A DNA stretch of 64,000 nucleotides from positions 1-64,000 of the forward strand of contig KZ538256.1 of the NCBI GenBank assembly GCA_000934665.2, given 5' to 3'. The position numbers were made by a program, and so were the translations under genes. The stretch's first letter is position 1. The number at the start of each line of letters is the position of its first letter. This DNA comes from Catajapyx aquilonaris (taxonomy: Eukaryota). Positions 1 through 13,900 of this stretch are shown piece by piece. The notes under the pieces were generated by a model that saw nothing but the letters and a program-made list of their open reading frames with translations, was not told the DNA's origin and searched no databases.

Positions 1-3000
1 CCCCCCACCACCACCACCACCACGAAATGCTTATGAAACATGAGTCCAACTTGGACCAAAGTCCGGTCTCTCAAAAGCTGAATAGCGACCAACGGACCTC
101 TGCGATTTTATTCGATAGGCCTGTCCTACCGTATTCGGCTCTCGGCTTTTGGGGAAACTTTGAGGGACATTTATGGTGACGGGGACGATGCGGTACTTGA
201 AGGAACACGCAAGATGCCTCGCATACCTTTCGTGTCGTTGTTGGATTGCTTTGTGCCTCATTTCGCGGCTTGGAAATTAACCCGGGCCAATTCCGGGGAA
301 TAATGGCTTCGCGAACAATGAAATTGCTATCATTTTTCGCGGCAACAATCCGGCGTAATTTGAGCATGAAGGTACAACAAAAAAAAGGAAACGGCATCCC
401 GTTAATTAACAATACGCACTGACCCCGGCAGCAAACGCGTTTAGAAACGTTCCCCAGAAATTCGTCAATAACGCTCCGGAAGTGATCGTTACCTAGTGAA
501 TGAACCCGGGGCATGATACGATGTAATGAAAATCCAGCTTTAGAAATTTGCGGTGGGTTGAGTTCCGCCGAAATATATCTCGCTGTATTTCAATCAAGCA
601 ACTCGCTCCACGGCATACTTATTGTCGGGGGTTTCTAAGTCGTGTTTAATATAATTACTGCAATTTGCTACGTTTCGAAGCGTCGCATGTTGGCGTATAG
701 CGTTCCTCATAATAACAAGTCGAACAAAAGCGCTGTGAACTCTGACAATGCCGCTAATGCCGTTGGCTTAACACCGCGACCTCTCTGCTTATCCTTACCA
801 ACCAGATAAACAAGAGGGGTTGACAAACAGGTTGGATTAAAAAAAAAAAAGGGTGTGAAAGTGTCACATCCAGGCACAAACCGCGCACTAGTTCACTGTA
901 ATGCTCACAGGTGTCGCACTATATACAAAAGGTCCGGATCCTTTCAGAGAGTGTGTGGTCGACAAGGAGGGAGATGGAAGGCCTTCTGACTACTTCGGGC
1001 TGCCGAAACATTCTGGGGTGAGGGGGCGAAAGAGAAGAGGGNGGGGGGCGACTACACAACTCGGCCGCGACGCCGGCGCCATGGCTCCCACGTGATTGCA
1101 GACCGACGAACTTCATTTTCACCTACTTGGGGACCTTGTAGCGCTAAAGGTGGCCCTCGAAATGAGGCCCGGACAGACAAGGGCAGCGTTGCGGACCATT
1201 TGTCACCCGGGGGGTTGTCTGATCCTGATCCCCGGTGCGAACTTGATTGGCTGGAGGTGTCACGGGTTGTCACAGCAGGAGGGTCGCGTTACGGTGGTTC
1301 AGAAAGGATGTAATATACACGAACACAAATAAATAACCAATGTAACATTGTCGCAAAATGTCATCCGTAACTCAATGTGACGTACAACACTGTACGGCTG
1401 AATTCTGCCAAGAATAACTTGGGCGAAATCTGTTGACGTATTCGGCAGACGACGTCAAATCGATGAAATAACAAATATGCCCCGTCCCAGCGACTTCGTC
1501 CCGAATTTTGTGCAATAACTTCAAAACTCACTAACAAGTTGGAAGTGCGCCTTTCCAGTCAGATCAGCCAGACTCGAACTTCAGAAAGTTCATGCACAAA
1601 TGAGTGTCACCCCCAGAGCGCAACAATAGAGAGGACCCAACGTTACGGCTTCTGAATTTCGTCGCTCGCTAATGAACAGCTAGGTAGTATAGTCGCAGTA
1701 ATTGAAGTGCAAACATTTTCCAGCCCCAGTTTTGCATCAAAAATTGACGAGCTGTTTGAGCATGGGTCCCGATTAGCGTGTCAATGTACCCCGGTGCAAC
1801 CTATCTGTTGCACCGCTCGCATCCGTCACAATTGCATAAAATATTGCGCCGCAATGTATTTTTAGCACCCCCCGATAGTAGTTTATCTGGCGGACAGCAG
1901 CACTCTGCCAGCGGCCAGCCAACAAAACACCAACAGAAAAGCCGCATTCCGCCATTAGCCATCGAAACCGCATCGCAAATCCGCGCTTGATCACAGGAAC
2001 TCCCCAAGAAATCGCCCCGAAATTTTCCAAGCAAAATCCTCCAGCTCCGAAAATGAAAACAGCCGCCATTTGTAGGCTAGTTCCAGCAAACAATCCCGCG
2101 CTTGGCTGGAAGCATCCACCGTAAAGCTGGAGATGGCCGCATTTGCATGGGCCGGAGGAGGTGTCCACTTTCCTCGCAGCCAAATAATTCTTCGGATATG
2201 ATCATCAAGGAGCTCTGCTTCTGCTGTGCCACCAGGATTACCCCCCCAACGAAAAGCCCAGCATCATAACCGAACCCCCCTCCAAAAGCTTAGATAAGGA
2301 CCTCTCTAATTTTCCTAACCGAAATTGCAGTGACGTCACACGCAAATTGCGCGGACTCAAGATTTCACGTCGCATTACCTCCTTTCCCAATTTTGAGAAT
2401 GCGGTGAGCCGCATTTTCCTTTTGAAAGATTTTTCCCGAAATGAATCCGACCACATAACTCGAATTGTATACGGCGTAAAAGGAAAAGAGTGGCGCATTT
2501 ATTTCCTTCCAGAAGACAAATTTGTCGCCGGGGTTTTGGGCACCCCCCCCCCCCCCCCCNGGGGGGGGGGGACACACCAAAAAAAAATCCAATGAGACGC
2601 TGGAATTCAGCTCGCATATTTTGCAAAAAGAAAATGGCCGGTAAATCTGCCCTCTCCTTGAATAGCCCCGCTAATTTCTGGCCTCGCCCAATTTCGACCG
2701 GTGTAATGACCCAGATTTGTTGTCCACCCAGGGGTTTCAAATTAACCGAATTGAGTCTCTAGGTGGGCCAAAAGGCGTTTCATGAGACAGCAATTAGCTA
2801 AGTGACGCTTGTAAACTCCTGTTTTAGCAGGGCTTAATACCGCGGGTGATTAAACTTCACCTAATCTGAATTCTTCCTTGGTGTGCCTCATCATTCATGA
2901 CAATGCGCAAAAAAAACACTGGGAATTAAAGTATGGAGGTTGGCCCAGACACTACCCCCAAAAATCTGCCAGATGATGCGCCCTGAATCATCGCTCGAGG

Positions 3001-6000
3001 GCAACATTGTTGCCATTATCATAAATCCCCCGATTTTGACGAATGCGTCTGTGGAAGTTTTTCCCGGCTCCGCGACACTGGGGAACAGGAAGAGTTAAAC
3101 GATTTAAAAGATTTTGAGCAAGAAATAGTCGTAGATTTGAGGAGGGAAAAAAAAAAATCAAACCGCCAGGGGAGAAATTACCCTGGTTTTATCACGCACA
3201 TGCGACACTTGGGTAAATCTTGCCAAGTAGAGATAAGTCCCTGGTAAAAAACTGGAGAGCATACTAATGAACACCCAGCTTAATGACTACGCGCTGCATA
3301 TATTATTAGCAAATATTTGCAGGTGCCATAACATTGACGAGCTCGGTCAAGTGGACTGATGACAGTTGCTAATTATTTTGAACTAATTTAATGAATGTAT
3401 ACGTCAATGACCAATATATGCGTGAAGTGGAGTGACAAATAGTGACACAATTTGCGACAGGCCTATTATAATGCGCACCTGACCCGTACCAATTTCAACC
3501 ATTTTGACACAGCGATAATCTCTTGCGTTGCACAATGTCTACAATACAGGCTTTTCCCAACTGCACGGTCTTCCCAGGTAAATAATGCACAACGTTGCGC
3601 ATTATTAACATCTACCTGTCAACACACGTCGGACCGTAACTCAACTTTCGTGAAGGATGTCGACAAGGACGTGGCATTTTCATATCTGGCTTCCCATCAA
3701 CACCACGGGATGCCTTTCACGCTCCACTTGTAGCTACTAGCCCGTGGATAAAAGTGGGCTCCCAAGTTTTGCAACCAACGAAACAAAATCGATGCAATTC
3801 CCGATGGCCACCAGCCATTTTCCACCCTCCCCCCAGAAGGTCCAACCACTTTTTTATCCTCCACTAGAAAACCCCCCCAAGTTGGCTCTCCAAAAACTGC
3901 AACGTCGCCTCTTTTTAAAAAAACGCCCATAAATTCAGCCAATCCGGTCAATTAATAACCTCACAAATTTACGCCTAACGACAGTTATTGACTGATGCTC
4001 CATTTAGGCCTTCCAGCAAATTCGGTCGACTTGAAATTCATTAACCAGGATTACCTGATACCGTTAGGCTCAAGCCAACACCTAAGCACTTAAAGAGTCG
4101 TTACCCGTTTAGAATCCAGCTATAGCCAAACTGCGTGCCGACAAAATCCGAATCAAATGGAACACACTAATTCATTTACCACTCAGCTCTCATATTCATA
4201 TCTGCGCAAACATTGGCGGGGGACGTGATCATACTCCCCCCCTCCCCCCCCCNCCCAAAAAAAATGGGTACGCACACGTTTATCACAGGGTCCGGATAAC
4301 TTGGTCCGCATTATTCGGTCATAACGGGGGTCCCCGGATTGATGGCCCTTTTCCCTGGCGAACACCAAAAGCGGGACTCGTATTTAAAACGCAACTTGCG
4401 CCATAAAGCAAACCGATGTGTTGGATACTGGCCAATATGATGCTGCCGGACAAGGAATTAGCGTGCCCTGGCTCTCTTGCGCACAAAAGCCATGGGCCAC
4501 GGTGGGAGTTATGGCACCGAATTTTGTTGCCAGTTTGGACAATTTTTGCACTCTGACCTTAGGGCTTGTGTGAATGTTCTGTACAGTTGCCAGCAGCCCA
4601 AGATGGCGCCCCGTGACGTCCCTCTGTCAGCTGAAACCATCCTATAAACCCCGACAATGAACCACTATGTGTTGTCCCCAAGACAGGCTGCAGGACACCG
4701 GTTAAACATTCATCGTGCACGGTCCAACATTCCAACATGGTTCCCCACTTGGCCGGACAACCAAACATTGGACGGATTAACGGGACTGGGGAACTATTGA
4801 TTCCGCGGGCCCCCGGACAATCCATCTGGACGTCGTCTTCTTGGCAATGCCCGTCAAATTAAAGCTTTATTTACGCGAGGCATCTGCCAACGGGCCGTAC
4901 AAACAGATCCTAGAGTTGGGTGGAGGAAAAGGGGGCGTTTATTAAATTGCGGCAATTGCGTTTGATTCATTACCGAAAATTGCGCGACGGATGTGGAGGC
5001 CTGTTGATGTGGAATCGATCGACGTGACGTGCCCTAGGAGCAGAATCGCTATCAACATCTTGGAGCCCACAACAATTCCCTTTTATCGGGAGCACAATTT
5101 TCGTAAGTGTCAGACTTTTCTCTTTTTTTGAATACGTGCTGCGACAGTGCTGAAAAGTTTTTAAGCCCATCAGCATCTTTTTTGTGAGGCCGGCTCTTTT
5201 AAAAATAATAATCTTCCATATTTTGAAAAGCGGATTAACTCCGGTGATTCAAGTATTCAGCGTATATGGAACAAGCCCTGAGCCAAATCATCCAACATGT
5301 CTGTGGTAAGCAATTTAAGCCCGGATAACAGCCGTTTTGCATCAGATAATTGAGTCCCTCTAGGACCAATATCTGTAATTAAAACGTTGGAATTCCCCCC
5401 CCCCCCNNNNNNNNNCCCCAAATGAACCAGAGGCAATTTCAACAACGGGCGCATCCTCCAACGCTTCTTAATTCTTCCCACGAAGAAAAGCACCGTATCA
5501 ACAAAAAAACCGGAGAAAAATCCTCGCCTTCGGAAAAAAGCACGGTAGCTATTCGTTCTTCGTTCCCTCCATCTCTTCTTCCACCTCTTTTGTCTTCCAA
5601 GCCATTTGGTAAGGCAACGAACCGCCAGAAAGCGCAATACGTCATTCTTCCGGCCACTTCCTCGGCATTGCTAGCACTTGTAATTGGCGCCCGCAGCCTA
5701 CTTTTTCCACCTCTGTCCAAGCCCCAATAATCCCGGATATTAAACCGGAGCTCATCCACCCAGCACCCTAGAGGCCATTCCTCTCCTACCACACCCAACC
5801 TTTTGTACACACTCCGGCCACATATAGCACAGGGATCATCCATCACACATTATCTTATTGCTCCCTACGTGCGACTGGTGCGAGGTGGGTACCGCATGCT
5901 CTGGGAGTTGGCGACCATGTTGGACGGCACTACGGTGTCCACTAGTTGGTTCTGTTTAATTACATAAATAATAGAGCACCACGGCTGCACGCTGAGAATT

Positions 6001-8111
6001 CCCAACTTGAATGTTGTGTTGATTGACATACTTGATTCTTCCCAAGTTAATCCGATGTCTCCTCTCAGCATCAGCCGCCACCACATCAAAGTTGAACTTC
6101 TTCCCAAACCACGGCAATTACAAACGGTTGTTACGGATAATGATTCCACCTCAACAAAGTGCGGCACATTACGCCGAGGCCTCAACAGACAAACACTAGC
6201 GCGACTTTGATACACAAACGGCCTCAGTATCCTTTGTGCTCCGTTATTAGAGTTAGCGCAACTTGCTAGATAAGACCTCCAGTTGTTATTACGCATGGCT
6301 AGAGGCTCAGGTATCCGGGAGGAGGGTCATCAATTAGTGTGGATTACAAAGTGTGGAAAACGTCAGTCGTGATAAAAGAGGACGGGAACCGAAAGTGACA
6401 GTGATGTATACGGAGAGGCGAAAAGTAGAATGGATACGTCGCGAAGCAATGACGGTCCAACAAGTTCGCCGTAGAAATTTATTGATCACGACGGTGAGAG
6501 AAAAGGGTTGGTTCCCTGCACCCAATTATGACGGACGTAACTGGACACTGGTATAGCGTGCGGTGTCTTATGGCGACATTCCGCCATCAGTTCAGCACGC
6601 TCCAAGTCAGAAAAATCTAGCCCAGGGACGAATATTGCATTCCAGTCTTCAAGTCCACTCAAAGCAAAATTCCGGAGGGGGGGGGGGGGNGGGGGGGGGG
6701 TCATCCTCAGGGCGTCCGACAGACACAGAAAGACACTCAGACTCTTGAGGGGGCCAGTATCGAATTACTGTAGCACCGGGTGAGAATTAATCGTCCAGCA
6801 GGTCCGCAAGTGGCAGTACTGTACCGGCAATTGCAGATTCTTAGCAAAAAAGCCGCATCTGCAAGTTGCGATAAAGTCTTGTTTTCAGACTGAGTCTGCT
6901 GAAGTTGGCTGGGGCATCTCCAGGTGGCAGGCAAGACAATATGCGCACCGCCTGTCGGACACCCCTTGAACTCCACCACCTTGCACCTTCACCACCATGT
7001 GATGTCCCATATGTGATGACACATGAGCAGCTGCAACCTTTTATGGAATGCAAAATCTGCACCTGATTGGTGCCTTTGAACTGAAAGGTTCAGGTCATTG
7101 GAGCAGCAGCTGGAGCCGTGCTTCAAAATATGCCTCTGTCAAAAACCCCGGAGAAAGAACATAATTCAACAACCGCCTGCTAAATATGCATAAGCAAAGA
7201 TTTATGCCCGGAACTGTCGCAGCCGCCATTAGCTGAGTTTTGTGGTAATGTTGCCATGGGAAAAGCCACCGGATGTGCAACAATAGCATCCAGAAAACTC
7301 TTACACGGAGGTGAACTCGGCGGCTTAAACATTCAGGTGCGGAAACGTCGCCATTACTCAAAGGTATGACTTTCATTTCTCAAAAGCCTGGCCCCAAATT
7401 GCAAATAGTGGCAGGTAAGAAAAGGAGGACGCTGTAATCAATAAGAAGACATGTTGAAAGGGACCTGGGAAAAGAAAAGGAAGAGCGGATTTATTCCTCA
7501 AGATTGAAAGCTCCGCCTATCGATTGCACTCCCCTCCCGCTGTTGACATCATGTCGGAATGCCTCTTGTGCCCCGGAAAAACTCAGTTCCCGGAATCTAA
7601 CAATTTTTAAGGCCAGCTTGGTCCTTTTTGGATCCGGCTTAAAGTGGGAAGACGGCCAAAACTCCTACCACCAACCTATATTCTCCGAGTCCGGCTCGAA
7701 AATTCCTTATTTCGTCAGCCTGTGGATTTGTTGCCGTCGGGCAGTCCATGGGATGCATACTAACTACGGAGCTACCCGGAAAACTTTGCCCATCTTGACC
7801 GGATGGATGGCCAACTGGGGACACTAGGGATGATGCCGATGGGATTCGCGCCATTTTCCTCTTCAGAAATCAATTGCGCTTCCAACGCTATCGTTACTCA
7901 GGGACTACCGCGTTATGGGGCCTTCCAAAAAGTTTCTTTTATGGTCGTAATAATAATGACCAGTGGTTTTCCTAAGCACGATTTGGAGCAAGTTCAATTA
8001 CCCGACACGAGATGGCAGAATTGGGGTACACGCCACCTGTTGTTGTGGTTACACACTTCGTCCAACGACGTCCAATAAATTTTTCATCCAAAACCAAACA
8101 CGTTGGACTAA

Positions 8112-8457
8112 CAAGGGAATGACCAAGGGTGGTCGCCTCCGATTTGGCTGAAATTTGCACGATGGGTCAAACATGTGCCATAAACACAGTGGTGAAAGTC
8201 CTAAATGGCAATATTCATCCGTTTCCGAGATATGAGCGGCAGAAGCATCCGAATTTTGGCGCGTTCAGGGGTCGGACGGAAAAGGGACAAGTGCACCCCT
8301 AAATGCGCGGCGAAAATTCTGATGCATTGTCGCTCATATCTCGGAAACGGCCGAACATTACCATTTAGGACTTTCACCACTGTGTTTATGGCACATGATT
8401 GACCCATCATGCAAATTTCAGCCAAATCGGAGGCGGCCACTCTTGGTCATTCCCTTG
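8112..8457. mobile_element. Foldback MITE, PIF/Harbinger (Tourist)-like, 346 bp
   Basis: Two ~160-bp highly similar inverted arms (CAAGGGAATGACCAAG...CTTGGTCATTCCCTTG) with a ~20-bp spacer. Flanked on both sides by TAA (8109-8111, 8458-8460), the 3-bp TSD typical of PIF/Harbinger. Non-coding. Confidence 0.85.
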
Positions 8458-9193
8458 TAAGTAGTGTTCAGTATCATCATGTTATTACACCCAAGTTACA
8501 GTTACAAACAACATCATATCCTTCCATAATCTTCGCTCCACTTCCCAGACATTTGAGCTCCCAAAAATCAGCATTGTGGCAACAGCCATCTCCGTGCTCG
8601 GAACCTGTCGCCTGTACTAAAGGACAGCTTAAATCCCTGATAACATATAGAGTGTGCCGGATTACAGTACGTTGCCCCTGCAAAGGTGAAGTTCGTATCA
8701 GCCGCCTACAAAGCCCAAGCTGGCACCTGATTTGTGCAGCCTCCTTGTCAGCAACAGGGTTCGGATTATATCTCAGCACCAAGTGCGCTTCCAAACATGC
8801 CGTGGGATTCAGGACCCTCACCTTCTGCCGAAAAAAAAAATGGCAAAAACATTTTTAGATCACGCATCTGGTCCAAAGTTTTTAAAAAAGGGCAAGGTGC
8901 AATTAAGTGCCTAAGATTCTGGGAAAAAATTGAGCCATATTGGAAATGGTTCCAGATGCAGCACACTCTGGCCCTAAAAACTTAAAACACTTAATTTGAC
9001 CGCATATTTATTTTGGAAAAAGTTCGTTTTATTTTAAGGACAACACCGATTGGAAGCTTCTGGCTAGTGCTACACCACTGACCTCTCGCGGATAGATGCA
9101 TTTCACATTGTAGCCTGGAAGATTCCTTCCCACGAATATTAGAGCTGCATATATGCCCCCGCAAATTCAACGGGCAGAAAATACCCCCCCCCC

Positions 9194-9356
9194 NNNNNNN
9201 NNNNNNNNNNNNNNNNNNNNNNNNNNNNNNNNNNNNNNNNNNNNNNNNNNNNNNNNNNNNNNNNNNNNNNNNNNNNNNNNNNNNNNNNNNNNNNNNNNNN
9301 NNNNNNNNNNNNNNNNNNNNNNNNNNNNNNNNNNNNNNNNNNNNNNNNNNNNNNNN
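9194..9356. other. Assembly gap (N run) flanked by poly-C
   Basis: Directly visible. Confidence 0.99.
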
Positions 9357-12300
9357 CCCCCCCCCCCCCTCCAGTCGCCTATGGCCATAACCCGATTAGC
9401 ATGGCACCTTTTGAAGTCAGCTAAGTGCCCAAAGTCCAATTTCCCCTCAGCTATGTCCTGCCATGCGCGACAACTCCGGACTGTCGCCCCAAAAAATTAA
9501 AAGAAATGAACTAGCTAATGGCACGAGGATGGAAAAAGAAGGTCGAAAAATTGTCTCAAAGGATGGTGCATTAGGACTCCCAGATTGAAATTACTTGTCA
9601 GGAAATGGAAACCCAACAAGAAAGAAAAAAATCGCGTAACGTATGCACCCTTTTTTAAAATAAATATTCATGATGTTAATCCGGCCCATTTAGCAATAAC
9701 ATATCGCATATGGGGAGGCACAGCACAGACCTATCAGCTGTTCATGGAAAATTGACACAAATGAACAGATGGAACCAACGGGAGTGTATCAAGCGCCATG
9801 CACGCTACATTGGATCCTGGCTGGCCGCATATTTATATTATTTGCAGTTGTCCTCCAAAATGCAGTTACGTGAATGTGGCCTGTAGCGTGAGGAGTGCGT
9901 TATGCACCTGTTTGGCTCCAATGTTTGGTAACCGTCAGGTGCGGTTTGGTCCCAACAAGCCAGTACCTCATATGTATACATTTCCCATGCCAAGTACCTT
10001 GGTAATAATAATAATGGCTTTGGGCCTATTTGTTTAAGGCCGCATACAAAATGCAATTCTATACACAATCCTGCCATGTAGCAGTGTAAAAACTAGCTTT
10101 TGCATGAATTACTCCTTGTCAGATATGGCGGCCGTGTAGTGTGGGAACTGAAACTATCACACTGGCAATAAAACCACAGCTTATTGAATAGAGCGCATCA
10201 GATCTTTTTTTTTTTTTTTAACTTTCCCACTAATTATATTGGAGGGCCGCCTTCATGAAAAAGCAATTCCATCACCGCCATCGCATCGTATTTCAATCCG
10301 CCTAGACATATCTAGCGCTATCAAATGCTTTATTCCCACATAATAATTCGATTTCTCCTGCGCACCCTCTGCAAAAAAAAAAAAAAAAAAAACCCTGTGA
10401 AATATTACCAAAGCATTGTCATTTTTTCCCCCCGTAGCTGCGCTCCCGCTTCCAATAATGAAAGTTCCCTCATCTAACCCGGAAGAAACGCCTCTAACAA
10501 ATCGGGTCCCCTCGCTGAAGGAATGAATAGCTGCTCTGATAATAATGAGACAAATATCCTGCCAGTCTCGGCTGTTTATTGAATTAATAGCCGGCATCGG
10601 GCAGCAAGTCTGGGAGCATTTGCACTGGACCCGGGCCTCGCTAATGATATTGGAGGGACCCTGGTGTAGAGGAAGCGGAACCCAAACTGGCCGTCAGTCT
10701 TGCTAATGGAAATGCGACATACTACATTTTTCAAGTGCCAACTCCCTGCGGTGAAACACGCTCACAAGTGCACGGTTTCGGAGAAATTGGGTGTTCTTCA
10801 GGTTGTTGGCATAATCAGGTATTGCTTGCGCTTTTTTTTACAGTATAGGTGTACACAATCAACAAGCATCATCAACCAGGTCGGCAACAGTCGGTGTTAG
10901 TTATCCTACAATGGGTGCCATATATTTACGAAACGACGAATAATAGATGACAAGGTAAGTAGTCTTCTTGGCACTTAATTCCACATTAAGATATTATTTA
11001 TAGGGCCATTATCAAGACATAATTTCGACTCTAATGCGCTCGAGCGCAATAAATAAAGCAATTAAAGTCGACAATGATCTAATTACTGGACTACATGCGA
11101 AGGTGAGGAGGAGGAAGTTTACTTGGCCTAGTACGTTTGGCTCCAGGTCCTATAAGATCTATACAGTATAGTTGGGAAGCTGGGGCAAACCTGTCTATAA
11201 CTATATTCAACAAAGGCTGGGAATATCCCACATGTTATTACAATATAGCGATATCGCTCGTACCCGTATATACTCATTACATTATTTGATACCTTGCATA
11301 GAGATACAGGATAGAAGATCACACAGTGCATCAAAAATTTAATAGACAGCATCGCACTGTCTTAAGTGTTCGGTGTGGGTTCCAAACGTCAACATTGCAA
11401 ATAACGTTCAAGCTTCTGCACACAGAAGCACTGTGAATTTTACATATCGTGTTAAAAGGAGATGCCTCTTGGGTGCCACTTCCTAAACATAGTTCGATAC
11501 GGATGCTGGCACAACAGAAGCTTTTTTTTTTTGGTGGGGTAGGAGTAAAAGGCTTCACAAAACGATTTCTCTAGAGAGAAGGGGCGTGGTAATGCCTGCG
11601 GCCTATGTGGCATCATCTCACAGGGAATTTCGTATATATCATCCAACAAAGAAATGGATCGCGCTTCTGTGCAGCCAAAGAATGCGCGGCACCCCGCATT
11701 AAAAATGTACAAGAATTTCAGCAAAAATGCCCAGCTTCTTCTTCTTTCCACCTATTAAAAATTACAAGCTTTTGCACAACTTCTGTGGGGGGGTTCTTTT
11801 GAAGAAATTCTCAACTTTATTTGTGGTAATCCTTCTGCGCTCTCTTAATGAGTCTTAACTTTTCTAGCCACACTCGCGAAAACTAAGCAGGATGCAAATA
11901 ATTATTACTTTGTATACTGCTGCAGGTGTATGAAACAATTAACGCTTTTTCAATCCGCGTGAAATCAAATGGTCTATAAAATGTGACATTTTGAATACTA
12001 TTCCCGATCACTCGACCTATCACAAAGTTACGACCCCTGAAAGTTTTTCTGGGTAATATCCTTCTTTTTATACGTCTAGGTGCTCAGCAGTGTAATGTCG
12101 AAGGCATAAAAGTCTGATCCTTGCTCGCAGGATAATTATGTAAACACGTCAGAGCGCCGCTTCGGAAATAAGGTAATCAAGCAGACGACTTTAGAGATCG
12201 GATTATAGGCTTCCACTTTATCCAGCTCCTCAGCAACTCCTTTCATACTCCAACACCCTTCCTCCTTTTCCTTTTAACCCACTCGCTTACGGGTCATGAT

Positions 12301-13816
12301 TTCTTTTCCTTATATTCCATTAATCCCGGCGTTTTTTTAAGGGTCGGAGGGATAAATTCGGGGGCCTAAGTATCCGATAGATCGAAAAAGAACCGGGTTG
12401 TGCGACGCCATGGCACGTGATGTCATGTCCGACCGTTAAACGGACCTCAGAAAAATCCACTTAGCGGTGGGTGGTCAAGCTATAAGCAGTTTATTCCACC
12501 AGTTTCGGGCTTTACTGCTGGAACTCGAGTTCTTCGGATGCTGCTAATGCCTGAGGTCTGGCTTAAGTCTGACAATGGCTCAAAAACCTAATTAAATTAT
12601 TTTCAAAAAAAAAATGGGGAAAAGATCCGCAAATTCCAAGCTTATTAATAGCTAATGAACCATTGATGGCTCTGTTTATATGGTCCGTTACGGCCATAGA
12701 TGATAATGAATCAGCAGTTCATGTTCACGGGGGTCCGGGTGTCGAACCCAATTAGTCATAATCCAATCGAGAGCTTCACATTTTACAATTATGAAAAAAA
12801 GAAAAAATCCCCGGCATGTACCATATAACCCCCGAAAAAAAATGATAATTATTAACGAACATAACGAGTTGCCTGGTAACTACAGCATCACAGAAACCAT
12901 AATCGCCCGGCTAAACAGGGTTAGCGCCGCAATCAGCTTCGGATCACAAATTAATGCGCAGTGATAGCTAACGGGTGATTAGTTTAATGGCCTGAAAGCT
13001 ATTCTCATCCATGACAACTGCAACCAAGACACTGCTTTATCTGATGAAGCATCGGTTAATCAGGAAGACATTAAGCTATGGTGCAATGTAGGCTAGTGTG
13101 AACAGCCTATGCTTAGGTAATAACTAAAATAGTTTTTCGCACCTTTGCGTCCCTAATCACAAAGCAGCCTCACTTAGAGAACCAATTGTCACCTTTGTGC
13201 CTTTGTTCCGAAATTTTTTCAAACGTGACCTGAACCAGTTCTCTGGCTAATCAGAATGCAAGTATCGCCTGGCAACACTGGCCAAGTGCTGAAAAAAATA
13301 ATTTGTACAGTCAAGGCCTGCTGCGTACGTAATCAGTACCGGAGCATAGAGCAAATAGAAAAGCCCATGGGTTGGTCTGGTGAGCCTGGTGGTTAGTTGG
13401 CCCCATCCATTCTGGCAACCAACTCCCCTGTTCTCTTAACGGGCTTTGGCTAGATCGCAGCATCCAATTCCCCCACCACCACCCCCCTCCTCTTTTTCTA
13501 ACAAACCGATCTAGCCATCCCATAGTTGGATACCAGCCAATGGAAGCTGCGCACAAATAAAATGAAACGACAGGAGGGCAGACTAGAGACTGAAAAAAAT
13601 ATATTGGGGAGGCTAGAGATGGCAGTGGCAACAATGAAAAATGTTCAGTCCTACAACTTCATGCTATCTTGAATATGTTGGAAGTATCGGATGGATTTTG
13701 TGGCTGGGTTCGTCCTACCGAAACGTGCTTTGGTCTTTGTGGCTTGTTTGAGGGCTTATCTCTATGTGCTGATTCCGAGATAAAATGGAATTTTGCACGA
13801 GCGGATGAAATTAATA

Positions 13817-13900
13817 ACTTACCGTGGATGCACCAAAATTTCTGAAACTCCACTCACCTGTAAAGAGAAAGAGAAATTGGTTATGCAAAATGTCACGAAG
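13817..13900 (-). other. Candidate recursive splice site RS-C with 35-nt cryptic RS-exon (13857-13823)
   Basis: Minus strand: gcaTAACcaatttctctttctctttaCAG|GTGAGT (junction 13858/13857) with ~41 nt free of AG upstream. A second consensus donor ACG|GTAAGT lies at 13823/13822. Confidence 0.72.

Noticed and set aside
2543..2571. C-run/N/G-run palindrome and other G/C homopolymers containing N
   Set aside because: Assembly joins at hard-to-sequence homopolymers; lengths and adjacency are unreliable.
5865..6296. Protein-like ORFs at 5.9-6.3 kb (likewise 29003-29620, 36424-36951, 45052-45588)
   Set aside because: No recognisable domain, splice support or codon bias. The 29003 ORF runs through a SINE.
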